A stretch of 64,000 nt of DNA, from positions 3,286,001 to 3,350,000 of the forward strand of contig NC_088862.1 in assembly GCF_963853765.1 (NCBI RefSeq). Direction: 5' to 3'. The position numbers and the translations under genes are program-made. Origin of the DNA: Magallana gigas (Eukaryota). This document shows positions 57,932 through 64,000 of the stretch, one piece after another (positions within the stretch are counted from its first letter, which is position 1; each line of letters starts with the position of its first letter). The notes under the pieces are model-generated. The model had not been told where the DNA came from, searched no databases, and saw nothing but the letters and a program-made list of their open reading frames with translations.

Positions 57932-59560
57932 TTAATAGCGTTCCTGTTCTGCGTAGTAGAGATCATTAATAATGTCTTCGATGTTGTCTTCTAAATCCTA
58001 AAGTAATAAAATAATTTTTTAAAATTGAAAAAAGTCTTAATCATCTATCTCATTCCTGTAAAGTGTTTAGTAGTTTATTGATCAAAAATTGCATAGAATG
58101 AAGAGTAAAATTGGGTTGTAGGCTCTTGAGCAAATTGCATTTAAAGTAATGCATAATATTATCATTACTTCATGAATTTCGGCATTAATTACCATTTGCA
58201 TAATTATCTAATTTTCTTGAGGTAATGAATTACATTACCATGAGATCGTTAAAGAAATGCATTGCCATTACTTTTAGAAAATACTATTTTAGTTTTTTTT
58301 TTAAACAGAACAGCGAACTAAAGAGTTTTGCAAATGTTAAATATATGAAACAAACGGATATTTATGCATGTTCATGTTCACTATCAAAAGGGGAATGGGG
58401 TTAAAACTACTCAACGTTTTAAATTGTTTTGATACTTAGATCATTCTGAAGGCATTTTATGTCGTTGACCCATTCTTTACAATAAAGAATTTACTGAATG
58501 AATACCTAATTGCAATTTGTTAAAAAATGTTTCTGAACTCTTGATTAATCACAACACACTTAAACATGTATGAATAGTTTTAATGACAGTCCAAATAGTG
58601 TATAATTTTATTTTTGTTAACAATACAACAAAAATATTTTTATCTCAAGAATTAAATCTCTCTTTTTTAAAATAATTTTTTATGAAGCACAGTTTACATT
58701 CTTCAATTTACCACAATTTTGAAATGAATATGCATAAATAACTATAGTAACGACCGCATAAATATAACATAATACTTACCAACATCTTCTGATTAATGAA
58801 TTCGTAGATAAAACGTATTCGTTTCTCTCTGTTCTCTATCTCTGACATACGTGTGGCATTTTTTTCTCTGTTTTCTTCTATTTGTCGAAGTATCCATTCA
58901 ATTATTTCTTCCGGTGAATTCATTCTGCTCAGTGAATTATAAAGAAAGAAAACAATGGAAGAAAAGAAAGTGCTGATTCGATGCACAAAAATTCTAGTCC
59001 TTTTTAATATAGATAGAAAAATACAGGTTATCTTTTTTGATTGCAAATGAATTATTAAAGCTATGAAGTATTTACTTTCTGTTCATTCCATTTTTTTCAA
59101 TTTGTAGTCTTCTACTTGATGAACGTTAACTGATTTTCTCTTTTAAACAAAGTTAGATGAAAGCGAATTGATAAACAGCTTTCACACCTAACAATGAAAT
59201 AAATTCTTGTATTTTTTGCCTTCTATCATTTGTCTTTTTCATTATTCAAATAAGAAAAATATAAATAATTTGAATCTGAAATTTTTTTCACAATTTTTCA
59301 GTGCAATATGTAAGATTTGGTTAAATAATAATTACAATGTAATAACAGACAGATATCAAATAAATTAAATTGTATGTTCATTGGTTAATGGTATCCTTTA
59401 AAACATGAAAAGGTAGGTTGGTTTGGAAATAACGTATTTATTACAAACTTTTATCATATTAGCATATAAACATATCTTTGAAAGCAATGACTTACAATGA
59501 ATTTCTCTTTCGGCCTTCCTTATTATCTTCTTTCGGGGGTTGGTTGTGGATATTATTCAT
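57932..59560 (-). CDS. Small acidic coiled-coil protein (91 aa); join 59560-59496, 58924-58780, 57997-57932
   Basis: Donors TT|gtaagt and TTG|gtaagt, acceptors ctgagcag and tactttag; phases 2 and 0 give MNNIHNQPPKEDNKEGRKRNSLMNSPEEIIEWILRQIEENREKNATRMSEIENREKRIRFIYEFINQKMLDLEDNIEDIINDLYYAEQERY*. AATAAA about 160 nt downstream. Confidence 0.65.
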
Positions 59561-62500
59561 TTTTGCATGCTATGCTCAAAGAAATGAAAATAAAACTTTA
59601 TAGTGCTTAAATCGCTTTTATCTTTATTGACAAAACTTTAAATCAATATTTATTTTATTCTTAATTGAAGCTATCACCATTCGTGTTTAGATTGTGAAAA
59701 AATTTGTTCACATTGATTTCGTGGAGAAAGACCAAATTTATTTTCATCTTAGTAAATTAAATAGTATCATAGGAGTGGGATTTTTAAAATTTAAAAAAGA
59801 TATTGTTATGCAAATTTATCATTTTTTACAAAAAGTTATTAGAATTATAATTCAAACTTTGCTTTCAAGAAGACATATATTGTTTTACCGTCGTGCACGC
59901 TCAATAGAGCATCTCTAGGAGAGGCTCTTATTAGTGCGAACGAGGAACACAGGAGGTATTAAAGTTGTGAATTTTATATCTCATGGTACAGTACCTGTAC
60001 CTTTTTGATTTTTTCATAAAGCCCTGAAATAAATTCTGATTTAATTTCTAATAAAAAGCTTTCTTATTCGATCTTTATTCTATGTTGATTGTCATTGTCA
60101 AAATGATTAGAATTACGAACAGTAAAATACAAACATTTGCTTATGTAGTAAGAAAATTTGACTAGTCTATATATTGAAGGCAGATCATAGTAATTTGAAT
60201 CTAATAAATCATGCATCCCCATTATAAATCCTACATTCCTATTGCGATAACAAAAACGTTGTTATACGATCGGAAGAATGTTTGTGCGTTGCATTGCGGT
60301 AATTTGTATTGCATTTGGTCGCGTCTGATTGGGGTGCACATTCAATATTTTAGGAGACTTAATGCGACGACTAAAACGCTAGCAACCAATGCAAGACATT
60401 GTGCAATGAATGAGACAGCTGGTGCAAAGCTAAACCATTTTGATCGTAGAGTATTGTAAAGTGCTGGTGAGTCAATTGTGTAAAGGTTTTCACTTTAATC
60501 ATTTTATCTTTTCATTGCCTATCAATAGGTTTTTATGATCGTAAATTGCTCGTAAACAAAATGTAAAAGAGCTTTTACTTGAAACTTTTTGCATTGTTTA
60601 TGAACAGTTTCCCGATCGTTCTGCTTCATTTTAATAATCTGGCACCATCCACTGTACAATCAGCATTGGTTCAACTAAACATTGAATAAAGGTAGAACAC
60701 CTTGCATGACGATGAAAAATGGTGAGATAAACAACATTTTTGCATTGATCTTATTAGTCCACATTGTGTCATGAAAAAATAACATTCTCAGAATATCTTC
60801 CATTTGAAAAAAAAATTCAAATCATATTTTCAAAAATATTATAGGTTTACATTGAAAAGCATCGCATTTAGCATTCAATGTTAAACTAGGTTCTAATCCA
60901 CTTAAAGCTTCATGTGATGGAAACATTTTTCAATACTATATCCGACCTAGAAATATGGTATGAAATACCACATTTAATAATACACCCTTATTGTCAGCTT
61001 TCAAGAAGACAAAGAGTTAGCTTTCAAAAAGAGTTAAACTTAATGGCAAAGCAAGATTTTTTATCTTTAACAAAAACGAAACTTGACATTTAGAGTTTTT
61101 TCCAATGACGTTTTGAGGTTTAAGTTTTATTGGTATGATCTTAACAAAATATTTTCTTCCATCTCAGGAACACTTTATTTCTACAGTAAAATACCGAGTC
61201 TAAATTGCAAGATTACCTAAAATTTCCATCGAAAAGGTATGAAAGATCCCAGATAACAAGATTAAGAATAAGTGCACATTCGCTATTTATTGAAACAGGT
61301 AGATATTGTAATCCAATTGTCCTAAAGGAAAAACGTTTATGCTATGCTTGTAAATCATGAGTCGAAAAAAAAATTAAAATTTATTTCTAACCATTGTAAC
61401 TTGATAGTAGAGTTTGCTAAAGCTGTATTGTTTCGGACATTTTAGTGAATAATGAAACATGAAATATAACCCAAAGATACAAAATGAAAAACAAACGTAT
61501 GCTTACCACAAATATGATCGCCAGTGAAGGTATATAGCTTTGCAAAGTAAAACAGAACATAAAAGACGGCGATGTAATTCATTTTATATTAAAATAATTT
61601 TTAGACAGATGCCCCTCAGATCGTCGCACGCAGACCGCTGATTGACTGATCAGGGTGTTTCTGAATAAATTACCCCATACATCAGCAGTTTGATTGTTAA
61701 AAACTTGCTAATGTGTCTCAACATTAAATAGTTATTCATATTCCAGTACAAACTTATGTAAGCACAGTAATTCCGTCCAGCAGGTTTGAATACATGTATT
61801 TATTGAAGAATTAAAAATAAGAAGGATATGTCTATAAATTTGAAAAGAAGTTTGAAAGAGAATGAATTTAAAATGTTTTATTCGATGCATTATATTGATA
61901 AATTAAACAGGCTTTTTCACATTACACGAACCTGCATAATGAATAAAAATCAGTGAAGATTTGATGAAATCATAGTTTACAGAGCCTATTCTTAAAAATC
62001 TTTGTTCCACGTCAAGAACAATACGACACATTATAAATCACCATCTATACTACTATATTAAAATAATAGACTCGTATTTTTGGGCTTTAATACCGAGAAA
62101 TCGGAAGAGTTTTGTCTTTTGTGTCATAAAGTTAAAAAATCGTTGGTACTTGAAGATTACCCATTTGTTTTTATTTTTTCTCAATCAAGCTTCGCCAATT
62201 AATAATCAACGAAAATTCCTTTAAAAAATCCGGAAATCATCTGGATTTTTTGGATTTTACAATCTTGCACATGCGCAATACATTCACGCTAAATCACGGA
62301 AGGCTGTTTAGTTTAAGTTTCCACAATATCACATTTGCATGGATAAACTCAGAAACGATATTACAAGTACGTGTAAATTTTGTCTTATATTCTGTTCATC
62401 AAAGGAATACCGGATAGAACTCTAACTCAGTGCATTTAATATGAAATATCCCGAGAGTTCCGAATGTCAACATCGTGTGTAAATTCGAAGCGAGTAAAAA

Positions 62501-64000
62501 CTTTGGTGAAAAAGTGTTGAATTCTTCATTAAAATGAATTGAATTTTTAGATGATACTTTGACTGTTATTTTCAATGCAGCCTCATTAATTTTCTCCAAA
62601 ATCGTTACGGAGCGATTCTGCATTTTTTTGCGACATTACGGGTACATGGGAGGCATCTTAACCGGCTGTGGTGAAGGCCTGTTCCGAGATTATTCTAACT
62701 AAGCAGAGTGTAGTGAAATTAATTACTGTCAAAGTGGATAAAAGTATATTATTATCACACTTTATCAATTAAGAGTTTCCAAATATCATAATAATATTTT
62801 TGACCAAAACATGTTTAAAAAATTTGTTCAAAATGTCAATTTGTTAGTATGCAGTACTCACTAAATCCAGGTACATTGAGCCACCAAGAATATCTAGTAG
62901 TAATTTGACAAGTAGGATGATATTTTAATGTTAAACCAAAAACATTTGACAATTATTAAAAAGCAAACGTAATTTTTTATAGAGATATTAAGATAGAGAA
63001 TTGGTGGACACATTTGTACACTGAAATTTGAAATACTATTGATGTAATTATTTTTTTTTATTCATTTAGCAATGTGTAAATGAAAAATGAAATAAAAATG
63101 TGGTCAAACCAAACGAAATATATTTCATTTGTTATATATCTACATAATTGCAAAAACGTTGGTTTGTACAATCAAGAAAACAATTGCTGAAGACTGGAAA
63201 TTGGCAGGTGGCCTTGAATCTATAATGCAAGTCAGCATTAAGGGGAACATGTGACTAACTGATGATCAAATCATGCAATTATTCTAATAAAATGGAAAGG
63301 ATGTTTAAAACATTTTTACAATTTGATAAATAATTTATAACCTTTTTTATAAAAATGTTCACAAATTCGTGCATATCGAAAATAATGAAAAGACATACTT
63401 AGATCTGCATTCTAATGTTCTCTTGGGAAATTAACTACTTCTTAATTATTTAAATACGTTAAACAAAATTTGAATTCTACACCAGTTTACATTAATGATT
63501 AAATTCAAGACTAGTCATTAAATACTGTTTTACATTGTTTTACACAATTATATTTTCATAACTACATTTTTAAATTTTATAAAATTAAGCCTCTTTGTAA
63601 AGATCTGCAAAAGAAAACCCGAAAACAAAATGATTTGAACGATTAGCGGAATGATATGGATGCGAGCATGAAATTCACAGTAATGTGTTTATTCAATTAA
63701 TCATGAATGTAATATTTAAAAAAATATCAAACAAAACTTTTATTTGCTATACATAATTTTATTATGGGGGAAATATTGCCATTTGCAAATATAAAAAGAA
63801 AATTACTATAATAAAAAAAAATCTTTAGTACAAATGTCCAGTAAGTTATTCCCGAGCCATTGATGTAGCATAATTTTTTGCACATAGTGTAGAAAACTCC
63901 CATCAAACAATCACGAACGGGTTTTCAAAATCAGCTGTTTTTAGTTAACTAAAGCAATTGCCTCCATGTAGCCTTGAATCTATATTTTTTGTCGATATAT

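Noticed and set aside
62399-62623. 74-aa minus-strand ORF
   Set aside because: No recognisable domain and no paired splice sites.
63170-63270. Protein-like stretch KTIAEDWKLAGGLESIMQ
   Set aside because: Too short, weak acceptor, and no partner exons identifiable in the window.

Overview
AT-rich eukaryotic (animal) genomic DNA with GT-AG introns. The repeat families and gene content look like an ostreid oyster or related bivalve (inference). Splicing by hand gives five gene models, most of them split across or missed by the ORF track. (1) A six-exon minus-strand type-I membrane receptor (1201-11899, 1051 aa): signal peptide, 10-Cys ectodomain, S/T stalk, TM helix, then about 25 cytoplasmic ankyrin repeats; the 851-aa ankyrin ORF is probably only its last exon. 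(2) A 13-coding-exon SLC38A11-like amino acid transporter (15300-30861, minus, 483 aa). (3) A GPI-type LRR protein (37001-38050, minus) with a uORF-rich putative 5'UTR. (4) A divergently transcribed family-B/Methuselah-like GPCR with a large Cys-rich ectodomain and no GPS motif (41081-45921, plus, 1183 aa). (5) A three-exon 91-aa coiled-coil microprotein (57932-59560, minus). The rest is introns and intergenic DNA rich in MITEs, palindrome-ended (Crypton-like) elements, TTAA-flanked TIR elements carrying tRNA-like boxes, LINE and Penelope-like remnants, and microsatellites. No CRISPR array, rRNA or intact tRNA was seen. Coordinates and phases were read by eye; no database search was run.
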